Assembly (NCBI GenBank): GCA_965369655.1
Contig: CBDUQR010000008.1
Span: 6,966-70,965, forward strand
Source: an uncultured bacterium
GTDB taxonomy: Bacteria > Zixibacteria > MSB-5A5 > JAABVY01 > JAHJOQ01
DNA length: 64,000 nt
Reading direction: 5' to 3'
Of this stretch, positions 18,482 through 29,000 are shown piece after piece. The notes under the pieces were generated by a model. The model was not told where the DNA came from and made no database searches. It saw only the letters and a program-made list of their open reading frames with translations. Made by a program: the position numbers and the translations under genes. Each line of letters opens with the position of its first letter. Positions within the stretch are counted from its first letter, which is position 1.

Positions 18482-19477
18482 TCATGGCAGCTTCCTGAAC
18501 CGTGTCTGCGACAATACGACCTCGACCATAATCATCCCGAGGCCGCATGCCAGGAAATATAGATACAGTTCATCGAACTGCAGGTATTGCTTCGTCTTCA
18601 TCTTCGTTCTTTCAAGCGAGGATATTTCCTCATAGATATGCTTCAGCCCTTCTACATCTTTTGCGCGGTAATACCGCCCGCCGGTCAGGTCCGCGATCCT
18701 GCGAAGAGACTCCTCGTCGATTTCGTTCTCGATATTCACGTAGCGTCTGCCGAATACCGGATCATCAACCGGATATGGCGCAGGACCGGGACGACCTGCC
18801 CCGATGGCGTAAACCTTGATCTTAAGAGTCTTAGCGATCTCCGCAGCAGTCACAGGATCGATTTCGCCGGCGTTATTGACGCCATCGGTCAACAGCACTA
18901 TCACCTTGCTCTTCGCAGGCGAGTCCTTCAGCCGATTGCAACTGTTTGCCAGCGCCATGCCGATCGCGGTGCCGTCCTCGACCATACCGAATGTAACATC
19001 GTCAAGGAAGTTAAGGAGGATATTGTAGTCTAGCGTCAACGGACACTGAGTGAAACTCTCCCTGGCAAAAACAACAAGCCCGATCCTGTCGCTGGTCCGG
19101 CTGTCGATAAAGTCTCGTATCACCTGCTTTGCGACATGCAGGCGGTTCTTCGGTTTGAAGTCTTCGGCCTTCATGCTGCCAGAAATGTCGAGCGTCAGGA
19201 TAATATCTATTCCCTCGGTCTCAGTTTCGATGTTTACGCTCGATGTGCGAGGCCGCGCGAGAGCCACAATAAGAAGTGCGAGCGCGAGAAGTTTCAGTCC
19301 GGGCGATATGAAATCGGCCCACAACCTGCCGCCCGGTCTGACAGCCTTTATCAGGGTAAGATCCGAGAAAACCACTGTCGATCTTCTCTTTCGTCCATAT
19401 CTGATCAGCCACAGAACCAATAGCGGTATCAGCAGCAGCAGCAACAGGACGGAGGGAGTCGCTAACTCATAATTCAT
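18482..19477 (-). CDS. batA: BatA-like von Willebrand factor A domain membrane protein
   Basis: N-terminal TM helices, MIDAS motif LTLDISGSM, LLTDGVNNAG, and a C-terminal TM helix. Confidence 0.85.
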   Translation of the reverse strand: MNYELATPSVLLLLLLIPLLVLWLIRYGRKRRSTVVFSDLTLIKAVRPGGRLWADFISPGLKLLALALLIVALARPRTSSVNIETETEGIDIILTLDISGSMKAEDFKPKNRLHVAKQVIRDFIDSRTSDRIGLVVFARESFTQCPLTLDYNILLNFLDDVTFGMVEDGTAIGMALANSCNRLKDSPAKSKVIVLLTDGVNNAGEIDPVTAAEIAKTLKIKVYAIGAGRPGPAPYPVDDPVFGRRYVNIENEIDEESLRRIADLTGGRYYRAKDVEGLKHIYEEISSLERTKMKTKQYLQFDELYLYFLACGLGMIMVEVVLSQTRFRKLP

Positions 19478-19542
19478 GGTTCGCGACCTCCAGTTCTACG
19501 GGCTTGTTGAGAAACCCCGTAACAGACATTACCTGTAGATTT

Positions 19543-19660
19543 GTCATCACGAGGAGCGATAGCGACGTGGTGATCTCAGTTCTTGTAATACGCGGCCTGA
19601 CTTGAGATTGCCACGCTCCCTTCCTTCGAGGCTCAGGACTTGTCGGTCGCTCGCAATGAC
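19543..19660. repeat. Composite palindromic intergenic repeat, copy 1, inserted between batA and the upstream gene
   Basis: Left arm gtcatcacgaggagcgatagcgacgtggtgatctc and right arm gagattgccacg...ctcgcaatgac. The right arm carries a nested cccttccttcgaggctcaggac motif. A second copy lies at 52957-53029. Confidence 0.7.
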
Positions 19661-19692
19661 AGCGAATTCCAACGACCACTCTATACACCATG

Positions 19693-20643
19693 TCAACTAC
19701 CTTTTTCAACACGCTCTCGACGCTCCTGTCCCGTCTCTCGCACGAACTGCCATGCTCTCTGGAAATCGTTCTCAGCCTGATTCAACTCCGGATGGAATTT
19801 GGCGAACTTCACAAGATCGGCGCCATCAAACATCTCGAAAAGCCTGTCATACTGCTCCTGATCGAGACTTATTCTCGACATCTCTCCGCGCAACTCGAAA
19901 GTCGTCCTGTCGAGCGCATCGATCCCGTACCGAGGCTCAAGGTATCTCCTGATGATCTTCGTCAGGCGCAGATAGAACGGCTTAAACTCCGAGTCTGCGA
20001 GCAGTGCTGATTCTCGAAGATGCCTGAGTCTCTCCTCCGCCACGACCCAGGGCGGCCTCGTATCGACTGGCTCCGCATCGACGCCGTTACCGGCTTTCCT
20101 TCTCACCAACCAGTACACAAGCGCACCGACAACGACCGCGGCAACGATCAGATACATCCAGAGGAACCTGCTTCCGAAATACATCTCCGGTTTCAGCCCC
20201 CGTATATCAGCCAGCGAGTCTCCCTCGGCGAGGCTCAGGATCGTGACTCTGAGCGAATCGGTTTCGATCTCAGTCATCGTGGAATCCGGCATCAGGAAGC
20301 TGAGCTTGACCCGGGGCAGCCAGATCGTGCCAGTCTCGTAGGCGGCGATGACAAACTTCGCCGTGAGCCGTATCCGACCATCCTCCGTACCCGACATTTC
20401 GTACTCTCTGCCCTTGACCTCGAAGTTGCCGAGCCGGTCACCGATCGGTATCGAGTCGACCGCGATCGAGGAATCAGATACGACCGTCAGAGTATAGTTG
20501 AGACGATCACCGATATATGCCTGCTGCCGGTCGATCTCCGCCTTCACAGATACAGGCTCAGTCTGCGCGAATAGATGTGCCGGACACAACAGCGATACGG
20601 CGAGTAACGCCGACGCCAGCCCTATGTTTATGATCCTGATCAT
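19693..20643 (-). CDS. Bat-operon membrane protein: BatD-like ectodomain, one TM helix, DUF4381-like cytoplasmic tail
   Basis: Signal peptide MIRIINIGLASALLAVSLLCPAHLFA and TM helix WMYLIVAAVVVGALVYWLV. The tail ...PFYLRLTKIIRRYLEPRYGIDALDRTTFEL resembles DUF4381. It sits between DUF58 and batA. Confidence 0.6.
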   Translation of the reverse strand: MIRIINIGLASALLAVSLLCPAHLFAQTEPVSVKAEIDRQQAYIGDRLNYTLTVVSDSSIAVDSIPIGDRLGNFEVKGREYEMSGTEDGRIRLTAKFVIAAYETGTIWLPRVKLSFLMPDSTMTEIETDSLRVTILSLAEGDSLADIRGLKPEMYFGSRFLWMYLIVAAVVVGALVYWLVRRKAGNGVDAEPVDTRPPWVVAEERLRHLRESALLADSEFKPFYLRLTKIIRRYLEPRYGIDALDRTTFELRGEMSRISLDQEQYDRLFEMFDGADLVKFAKFHPELNQAENDFQRAWQFVRETGQERRERVEKGS

Positions 20644-20647
20644 ACTA

Positions 20648-21535
20648 TCAGTGATGCCGCTTAAGTTTTCTCAACTTAAAGAACCGCGTTAATGCCTCTA
20701 TGTAACTACCTGCTGTCGAGAGTGATACAAAATCTACATTGAGGTGTTTGAACATGTCGGCGATATTCTGCTGGCGCCTACGCGCCGCCTCGGCATAACG
20801 TACCTGAATTCCAGCCGAGGCTGTATCGACCCACATCGTCTCACCAGTCTCGGAATCTTTGAGCAGGAGAAGCCCGGCTTTCGGGATTTCCAACTCTCTC
20901 GGATCGGTGATGTTGATCGCAATCGTATCATGCTTGCGTTTAGCCACGAGCAGCGGCTTGCGGAAATCATCCCCGATAAAATCGGAGATTATGAAGAGCA
21001 CCGCTCGCCTCTTGATAACACGGTTGAAATACTCAATGGCGCCTGCGATGTCCGTACCTGTGCCTTCAGGCTTGGTATACAGGACTTCCCTGATCAGTCG
21101 CAGCACATTGCGACGACCCTTTTTCGGCGGGATAAATTTCTCGATCCTGTCAGAAAACGAAATCATGCCGACTTTGTCATTGTTCTTGATCGCCGCGAAA
21201 GCCAGGAGCGCGGTCAGCTCGGCGGCCAGTTCGGACTTGTAGTAATCGGCTGTGCCGAACTGTTTCGATCCCGAAGAGTCCATCAGGATTATCACTGTCA
21301 GCTCGCGTTCCTCGGCGAATTTCTTGATAAACGGCGTACCGTATCGCGCGGTAACATTCCAGTCTATCTGCCGAACGTCATCTCCCGGCTGGTATTCCCG
21401 CACCTCATCGAACTCCATCCCCTGACCCTTGAAGCTCGAGTGATACTCGCCCGATATCAACTCATCGACAATCCGCCGAGTGCGAATCTCGATCCGGCGA
21501 ACTTTCTTCAGGATTTCCCTGGTATCCAGTGCCAA
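20648..21535 (-). CDS. DUF58 family protein (MoxR partner, vWA-like)
   Basis: Motifs GEYHSSFKGQGMEFDEVREYQPGDDVRQIDWNVTAR and ILMDSSGS. It lies immediately downstream of moxR. Confidence 0.85.
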   Translation of the reverse strand: MALDTREILKKVRRIEIRTRRIVDELISGEYHSSFKGQGMEFDEVREYQPGDDVRQIDWNVTARYGTPFIKKFAEERELTVIILMDSSGSKQFGTADYYKSELAAELTALLAFAAIKNNDKVGMISFSDRIEKFIPPKKGRRNVLRLIREVLYTKPEGTGTDIAGAIEYFNRVIKRRAVLFIISDFIGDDFRKPLLVAKRKHDTIAINITDPRELEIPKAGLLLLKDSETGETMWVDTASAGIQVRYAEAARRRQQNIADMFKHLNVDFVSLSTAGSYIEALTRFFKLRKLKRHH

Positions 21536-21537
21536 CC

Positions 21538-22524
21538 TTACGGGACCTCGATTGTGTCGAAGATTTTCCTTACTATGTCTTCGGTAGCGAGTTCTTCGGC
21601 TTCCGCCTCGTAGGTGAGGATGATCCGGTGCCTGAGAACATCCATGCCGATAGTCTTGACATCCTCCGGCGTGATATATCCGCGTCCCCTGAGAAATGCG
21701 TGCGCGCGAGATGCAAGATTGAGGTAGATGGTTGCCCTCGGCGATGCGCCGTACTCCACGAGGTCCCCTATATCCAGACCAAACTTCGCAGGCTCGCGCG
21801 AGGCCATCACGATGTTCACGATGTATTCCTTGACCTTCTCATCCACATAGATCTCTGAAACCACCTTGCGCGCGTTCAGGATTTCTTCAGGCGAGACTAC
21901 CGGTGACGCCGACGGCTTGACGATTCCTGTCATTCGGTCCATGATTTCAAGCTCTTCGTCACGATTCGGATATGTGATCTTCAGCTTCAGCATGAAGCGA
22001 TCAACCTGCGCTTCCGGAAGAGGATACGTGCCCTCCTGCTCGATCGGATTCTGGGTCGCAAGGACCAGGAATGGTTCATCAAGCGGATAGGTCGTATCGC
22101 CGATCGTTACCTGTCTCTCCTGCATAGCTTCGAGCAACGCGCTCTGGACTTTCGCCGGCGCGCGATTGATCTCATCCGCAAGGATTATATTCGAAAAGAT
22201 CGGTCCCTTCTTCGGATAGAACGTCCCCTCCTGGGGCGAGTAGACCAGAGTGCCGATCAGGTCGGCGGGCAGGAGATCGGGAGTGAACTGGATTCTCTGG
22301 AACTTGGTCTTTATTGCGTCGGACAGCGTCTGGATCGAGAGTGTCTTTGCCAGCCCCGGAACACCCTCGAGGAGAATATGGCCGTCAGCCAGCAGACCGA
22401 TCAACAGTCGCTCGACTAAGTAGTCCTGCCCAACGATAACCTTCCTGATCTCGTTGGTGAGGCCTTCGATGAAAGCAGATTCCTGCTCTACTCTCTGTTG
22501 TATTTCTCTGATGTCCTGATCCAT
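21538..22524 (-). CDS. moxR: MoxR-family AAA+ ATPase
   Basis: Walker A LLEGVPGLAKT, Walker B ILADEINRAPAK, and LVLATQNPIEQEGTYPLPEAQVDRF. Confidence 0.95.
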   Translation of the reverse strand: MDQDIREIQQRVEQESAFIEGLTNEIRKVIVGQDYLVERLLIGLLADGHILLEGVPGLAKTLSIQTLSDAIKTKFQRIQFTPDLLPADLIGTLVYSPQEGTFYPKKGPIFSNIILADEINRAPAKVQSALLEAMQERQVTIGDTTYPLDEPFLVLATQNPIEQEGTYPLPEAQVDRFMLKLKITYPNRDEELEIMDRMTGIVKPSASPVVSPEEILNARKVVSEIYVDEKVKEYIVNIVMASREPAKFGLDIGDLVEYGASPRATIYLNLASRAHAFLRGRGYITPEDVKTIGMDVLRHRIILTYEAEAEELATEDIVRKIFDTIEVP

Positions 22525-22570
22525 CGCACCTCCGTTAATGCTTCAGTATTGTCAATTCTACGCTGTGAAG

Positions 22571-23485
22571 TCAGTGATGTTCCGCGACTTGTCTCAATGA
22601 AATCAGCATATCGGTAACCTCTGATTCGCTCACCGGCAGCCCGCCGAACTTCAGGCTCTGATCCCATTCGAGAAGCTGCATGCACTTGTCCGACAATATC
22701 TTAGGCGCACTTGCTTCATTCATTGCTTCACGACATATTTCCCGGTTCGATTCCTGCGGGCGGATTGCGTATTCGTTTTCGATATACTGCATAACTGTTG
22801 TGGTCAGCGCTGACTGCGCATCGGCAACGCGACCATGAGCCAGCATGATTTCGACACGGTCAAGCGAGGCGAGCAGATCGACCCTCGCCACACCGGCAGT
22901 CTCTTCAGGGATGCGCACCGCCCTCCGTTTCCTCAACCTCACATATATTAAAGTTGCGATTGATACAATCAGGATCAGGATGACAACCAGCGGTAGCAGG
23001 CTCTCCATGCCGACCTGACCGGGGCTGCCCGCAGAGACTTCGAGCGGTATCGAGGCTGAACCGAGGGTCGTGATGAGACCCGTCCGCGTATCGACATAAT
23101 CGAGAGTAAGCACAGGGATCGAGAAACTGCCCTGCACTGTCGGCCTGAAGTAATAGATCGTAGTCCTCATCACGGACGGCAGATCGGCATCCAGAGATCG
23201 CATGCTCGAACTGCCGGTCGATATCAGGTCGAAGCTCTCGATCACAAGAGTCGGGATTTCTGCTATATCGATGTCTGACTCTTCGCCGCGTATTGTCACC
23301 CTGAGTTCGACAATCAGAGTGTCATCGGTGGTCAGATCGGTATCGAGAGCGCTTACATCGAAACTGACACCTTCTGGATGAACAGGATCACTGCTCTCTG
23401 ATTCCTGTGGAGCAGTGTCGGCTGCGATGATTGCATTAAAGGCTAACGCGATTGCGAGTATCACATGTAATGCGAGCTTTTTCAT
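22571..23485 (-). CDS. Hypothetical single-pass membrane protein, architectural paralogue of the 19693-20643 product
   Basis: Signal peptide MKKLALHVILAIALAFNAIIA (ATG 23485; the ORF track starts at TTG 23521). Acidic beta-rich ectodomain, TM helix LLPLVVILILIVSIATLIYV, and a helical tail. Confidence 0.5.
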   Translation of the reverse strand: MKKLALHVILAIALAFNAIIAADTAPQESESSDPVHPEGVSFDVSALDTDLTTDDTLIVELRVTIRGEESDIDIAEIPTLVIESFDLISTGSSSMRSLDADLPSVMRTTIYYFRPTVQGSFSIPVLTLDYVDTRTGLITTLGSASIPLEVSAGSPGQVGMESLLPLVVILILIVSIATLIYVRLRKRRAVRIPEETAGVARVDLLASLDRVEIMLAHGRVADAQSALTTTVMQYIENEYAIRPQESNREICREAMNEASAPKILSDKCMQLLEWDQSLKFGGLPVSESEVTDMLISLRQVAEHH

Positions 23486-23523
23486 GCTACTCAGATATGC
23501 ATAGTCAGTGAAACGTGTCAAGA

Positions 23524-24381
23524 CTAAACTGTATACCGTGCGATCAGCAGTGTCAGAAGCCCCGCGGGCATCAGCAGTTTCAGTCTCAACTGAAGCTTCG
23601 ACGATGCAAGTTTGACAGACTCCGAGCGAATCGCATCAACTGAGACAATAGTCATGGCTGACACAAACAGGATCGATGAAATAAGATAGCTGACCGACAA
23701 TCCGAAAAACAGATATGCCGCGAACATCACGCCAGCGAGTACCGCGAATGGAATCATAGCCAACTTCATGCAGAATCCCGGGCCGTATTCAGTGGCAAGC
23801 GTAGTAGTGCCGACCGACGAATCGCCGGATATATCTTCGGCATCCTTTATCATCTCGCGTCCCAGATGGAACAGGAATCCAAACAATGCTCCAAGCAGCG
23901 CCAGCCTGATCTGCATCCATTCCCAATTGTTGCCCGCTGCCGCGGCGTACATAAAAGTCAACGCCGAGACAGACGCTACCCAAATGTTCGAGACTATCAG
24001 CAGGCGTTTACCGAATGCTGAATATGCGTACAGAAGTAATGCCGCTGTCGCCGCAATCAGCAAACACGTAACATTGACCAGCGCCGCCGATGCAAGCCCC
24101 AATACCACATGAATAGTCGCCGACACATATCCCTGCCTGACCGTCAATCTCCCCGACGCTATCAGCCTTCCCGGTTTGTCCAACCGGTCGGCAACGACAT
24201 CGAAACAATCATTGATCGCGTTTCCGAACCCGGCGATAAGTGCCGCGCCGAGAGATGCAAACGCCAGTGTCGCGGCATCAGGAATATCTCGCAGCAGGAA
24301 ACCCGCCACGATTACTGTCACGCCTGCGATCAGATTGTTGACCGGCCTGCCAAGCATTATCATATAGAATAGAGTACGCAT
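23524..24381 (-). CDS. UbiA-family aromatic/isoprenoid prenyltransferase
   Basis: First Asp-rich motif NAINDCFDVVADRLDKPGR. About 8 TM helices. Second acidic motif region REMIKDAEDISGD. The start overlaps the Omp85 stop by 1 nt. Confidence 0.8.
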   Translation of the reverse strand: MRTLFYMIMLGRPVNNLIAGVTVIVAGFLLRDIPDAATLAFASLGAALIAGFGNAINDCFDVVADRLDKPGRLIASGRLTVRQGYVSATIHVVLGLASAALVNVTCLLIAATAALLLYAYSAFGKRLLIVSNIWVASVSALTFMYAAAAGNNWEWMQIRLALLGALFGFLFHLGREMIKDAEDISGDSSVGTTTLATEYGPGFCMKLAMIPFAVLAGVMFAAYLFFGLSVSYLISSILFVSAMTIVSVDAIRSESVKLASSKLQLRLKLLMPAGLLTLLIARYTV

Positions 24382-26024
24382 CAGAACCGGCTCTCCAGTC
24401 TCGCGTACAGCTTTCCATCCGAAAACCTGTCATTCCTGCCCCACGCAACGTCGAGAAGCAACCTTCCCGTCGGCAGGCGGAACTCGAATCCTGCGCCCGC
24501 ACCTTCCCTGAATTCAGACCCGGAGTCCTGCTGCCTGAACCATGCCGCATCAGAGAACAGATGAAACGACGCTTCATCCGACATGTGAAGTTCGGGCTGC
24601 AGAATAGCCAGCGCATACCTGTCGCAGAAAAACTGATCCTCCCTGTATCCGCGCAACCTTTCTGCGCCTCCCAACCGATAGAGGTCCGACTGCGGAATCA
24701 TCCGTTCCTCGGTGACTATACCAGCAGCACTCGCTTTTGCGGAAATATGCAGGAGCTTCCCAAACGAAACGAGCATGTGATAGCCGCCTGTCAACCGCGT
24801 ATCGCTGATCCTGGTGTCGGGCGGCTCGACCCCCGCGAACCGATATTGTTGCTTTATGCCGTAGGCGATGTCAAGCTCGACTGTCTGCCTGACTATCGAA
24901 CCCGCAATCGTCAGGTCTGTACCAATCCCCCACCAGTACCTGCGTGAGTGGAACACACCCCTGAATTCAGAACCGAGCGGAGTGTAGCTGCTCCATCCTC
25001 CCGACATTCTCAGAGAGACCCGAGCGCCCTCGCGGTAGAAAAACCTCGACTCAATCGACAACTGTTGGAAGAGGCTGTCGTATTTCGACTGCTCTATCGC
25101 GAATTCCACCGAGACCGGTCTGTAAAACAAATACGGTTGATAATATCCGAAAGCGACCTCATGCGACAGCGGATCCTTCTTGTTGTACCGAATCGAGAAC
25201 CGCCGGCCTCTCCCGAAAAGATTCTCGAACTGCAGCAGGGCATACCCTTTCACATAGGCGGACCGGTTGCCGACACTCGGCTGATATCCGAGACTTCCAT
25301 CGAGAGAATTGGTCGGCAGTCGATCTACTCTGAAAATCGGGACGCACCGAGTGTAGTCATCCCTGAAATCGAGGTGCACGCTGTCATGGACTCGTATGAA
25401 ACGATGCGCCCTCATGATCCGGCGCGTTTCATCGAGCGCGGCATCGTTGAACGGTTCTCCGGGACTGACAGCCGACACCCGCGACAGGTAATCCGCGGTC
25501 CTGGCGTCAGTACCCTCGACCTTGCACGAGTCGAACAGCGTGCGAGGTCCCGATGCGATCCTTGCAACGAAATAGACTGTACCGATACTATCCAGCGTCG
25601 TTTCCTCAATCGAAACCTGCGCAAACGGATTCCCGGATTCTGTATAGAACCGAAGAAGCTCGCGAGTGAATCGCTCGATGACAGCACCCGAAGCAGGCTT
25701 ACCGGAGTACTCGGCCAGCAGTTCGTCAGTATCCGCCTGACTGTCCCCGATGACTGAGATCGATCCGATACGGTACCGTATTCCGGGAATCACCGCCAGC
25801 GTATCCGGTTCGATCAATTGAACACCAGCTTCCGGGTATGACTCGGACAGGAACAGATCGCGAACAGATTTCACACTCGCAGAATCGGAATCAGCAGCAA
25901 AAAACGCGCGGCAAATTTCGCCATTAGAAATATCGCAGTCCCCGGTAACCACCAGTTCGAGATCACCACAGAATCCGGCAGCATGCATGGTCAGTAGAAT
26001 CATGATTGCCAGAGTGATCTTCAT
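24381..26024 (-). CDS. Omp85/BamA-TamA family outer-membrane protein (POTRA plus surface-antigen barrel)
   Basis: Signal peptide MKITLAIMILLTMHAAGFCG (ATG 26024; the ORF track extends to 26150). Motif LYRLGGAERLRGYREDQF. C-terminal GAGFEFRLPTGRLLLDVAW...ARLESRF. Confidence 0.85.
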   Translation of the reverse strand: MKITLAIMILLTMHAAGFCGDLELVVTGDCDISNGEICRAFFAADSDSASVKSVRDLFLSESYPEAGVQLIEPDTLAVIPGIRYRIGSISVIGDSQADTDELLAEYSGKPASGAVIERFTRELLRFYTESGNPFAQVSIEETTLDSIGTVYFVARIASGPRTLFDSCKVEGTDARTADYLSRVSAVSPGEPFNDAALDETRRIMRAHRFIRVHDSVHLDFRDDYTRCVPIFRVDRLPTNSLDGSLGYQPSVGNRSAYVKGYALLQFENLFGRGRRFSIRYNKKDPLSHEVAFGYYQPYLFYRPVSVEFAIEQSKYDSLFQQLSIESRFFYREGARVSLRMSGGWSSYTPLGSEFRGVFHSRRYWWGIGTDLTIAGSIVRQTVELDIAYGIKQQYRFAGVEPPDTRISDTRLTGGYHMLVSFGKLLHISAKASAAGIVTEERMIPQSDLYRLGGAERLRGYREDQFFCDRYALAILQPELHMSDEASFHLFSDAAWFRQQDSGSEFREGAGAGFEFRLPTGRLLLDVAWGRNDRFSDGKLYARLESRF

Positions 26025-29000
26025 CAGAACCTCGCTCTGACTGTGACGGATGAAACGTGCCTCGTATCGACCGATGGAATCTTCTCTCCATCGTACGACA
26101 GCCTCGCGCTCATGCTCTTGCTGAACCTGAGTTCCGCGCTCAGTCCCCACTGGTAGTTCTCGCCAACGCGTTTTCCATCGGCATACTGAAACGGGACGAA
26201 AGCGTTACCGACCGAGACAGACACATTTTGATAGGCGAATCGCGCGCCCACACGTCCTCTGGAGGGAAACCGTCTCCAGATTTCGGCGCCAGCTTCGAGC
26301 AGAGTCACCTCAAGGTTACCGTCACGACTGATATCCAGAAGATAGCGAGGTTTGAGAACAAGCTCAGTCGTGACAGTCAGATTGTGTCGCAGCACACATT
26401 TCGCCTGATGTTCATCGAATCGTGCATCACCCAGAGACTGGTTGCTCTGCGACATGCCTCGATATCGATATTCGAGCGTGAGGAGATCGCGGGGAGTCAG
26501 CTTCGCCTCGGCGCGATTCAAGATCGACAGCTTGTAGTCGCTGGAGGCTGGTCTTTGCTGCGGCCTCTCCAGTTGAATCTCATCAATCGTGAACAGGAAT
26601 GAAAGCTGATCACTTGCCTTAGCGCGGGCCGACAGCCGCAGGCTCCTGTCGAGCCAACTGCGAGTACCAGAAAACAAACTCACATGAGGAACAAGCCAGA
26701 CGATGCTAAACTGTTCGGATTCACCACCCTGTTCATTGCTTCTTGCGCGTGCCTCTAATGTCAGCCGCTTCAGAAATGCCAGAGATGCCGGACACGATTT
26801 CCACTTGTTGAAGCGAGCGAACAGCGTAGCCCCTCGCTGCATCCTGACGCCGACATTCTCAGCCCCCGAGAACTCGACCACTCGAATGTAATCCCCAAAG
26901 GGATCGGGCACATAGATGTCATCCTCTAACCTGTACTCACCCTGCCCCTCGCCGACGCGGAGAAATGTCTCGGCTGTCCGGTCAACGCCCTCCCTGCTCA
27001 ACCTGTAGTTGACAGACATCTCCACCAAGCTGCTGGAACTGCCTGCGCTGTAATCGAGCGATGTCGTCAACTGAGACTGCTCGAACTTAGTCGGGATAAA
27101 ATAATGCACTCTTCGATGCCGCACACTCAACCTCACGTCGGAGGATTTGAATCCACCGCCACCCTGATACCGCGCCTCGATTTCACGAGCATCGAACTCG
27201 CGCTCGAACACGCCGGTCAGTGCTTCGCGATTCTCGTATGACAACCGTGTCTCGAATCCTCGGAATCCGCAGGCACCCGAATAGCGGTCGAATCGCCTCC
27301 CCCGTGTGAACGAATCGTACGCCCGCAGGTCAGTTTCGTCGTTCCATTCGAATGACGTCTTGATGCCGGATTTCATCCAATTGAGCGAAATCATATCTTC
27401 ATATAGGCGAGAATTGCCGTAAGGCCAGGACCTCTCGGAATTGCGATCGGTGCGCGTGACACGACCGCTAAGTTCAGGTGTCGGACTTAATGTAAGATCG
27501 TATGAATACCTGAAAGCACTTGGGGAATGCATCAAGTTGTAGAAGCCACAGTCAGCCTGAAGCTCGGTTATCTTACTTATACGAAATGTCTCAGTTAGTG
27601 ATAGCTGCAACACTTCTCCTGATACCGAGTCAGTGAGAATTCCCCAGTAGCGATTACGCTCAACACGATCAGATCGTCCCGGGAAAAAGAATTTCTCATC
27701 CTGAAGCCTGGCGTTGAATCCGATATTGAGATACACCTGTTTCGCGTTCCGCCCAAACGGAGTCAGGTTGAATCCGCCGGAAATATCCATGCCATCATTG
27801 TCGTCGTCATCGAGTTCGGACAGAAGATTGCGATCATGCTTTGTAGCAGTGCCATCGAACCTGAGACGAATGTGATCATCGCTGACGGACGTTGACAGCG
27901 ACAGTGCGGACGCGCTCTCCGGTAGCGGGATTCTCACTACCGGCAAGTATTCCCCGCCGCCCTGCGCGACATATTCGTAGACGCCTCCACCGAGATAACG
28001 GTAGTCGCCGTTTCCCGGACCCATGTATGAGAACGAGACGCGGTAATCGCCGTTTCCCGTGCCTGCGAATGTATAGATCGTGTCTGAGCCTGTGACCTCA
28101 AGAGAATAGTCTCCCTGTCCGGAGTCAGCTTTCACCACACCCGACTTCAGAGCCTTCATTGCGTGATCTCCGGCAGCACTTAGCACGTTGATGTCGTCAG
28201 GCGACAGATCGAACTGCGCCGGATCATCCTCCGAGTCAGCCTGTCTCAGGAAATCAATCCTTGCGAAAAGTTGTGATGCGCTGTCACCGTATGCCGCTCC
28301 TCCCGCGAAGAAATCCTGCCTGTAGTCCTCGTCGAGGTATTCGAAATCAGCTTCAATCCTTGTTCTGCTCGTGACGGTTATGGCAGGCGAAAAGGTTATC
28401 TCGCCGAGAAGGTAATCGATCTCATAGTCGGCATCCGCGCCCCTGGCGAGCGGACGACCATCCAGCCAGACTCGATCAGTCGATGGTAAGATCGAGACCG
28501 ACGACTGCCCGACATCCGGCAGCAACCTGTATGGTCCAGACACCCCGTCACGACCGAAAATCTTTTTCGTGGCATGTTTTGACTTGATACCTCCGAGCGT
28601 CGCATCGGCTCCGACCTTGCCGGCACTTACCTGTGCGCTCGCCCCCTTGAGGGCTTTCTTCAACCGCCCGTGCGCGCCCATGCGTCTGTCAAAATCGACG
28701 TCACCGACGCTGGCGCTGAACCTGTCCGACGATAATTTCAGGGCGACCTTGTCAATCTCGCCAATCGACGTCGATATGCCGCCCACCTCAGGAGCAGCCT
28801 GATCTGACAGGACTCCGCTGACCCGCAGATTCTCAGTCAGGTAACCCTCGATCTGCACATTGAGCGTCTGTTTCAATTCGAGATCTGTTCCGCTTCCGGC
28901 TGTGATACCGAAAGACTTGCTCCCGAATATCCGCAGCGACGATGAACCGGAATTCGTCACCGGCAGTCGCTGGGTCGACTCGTAACTCGGCGCATTTCCG

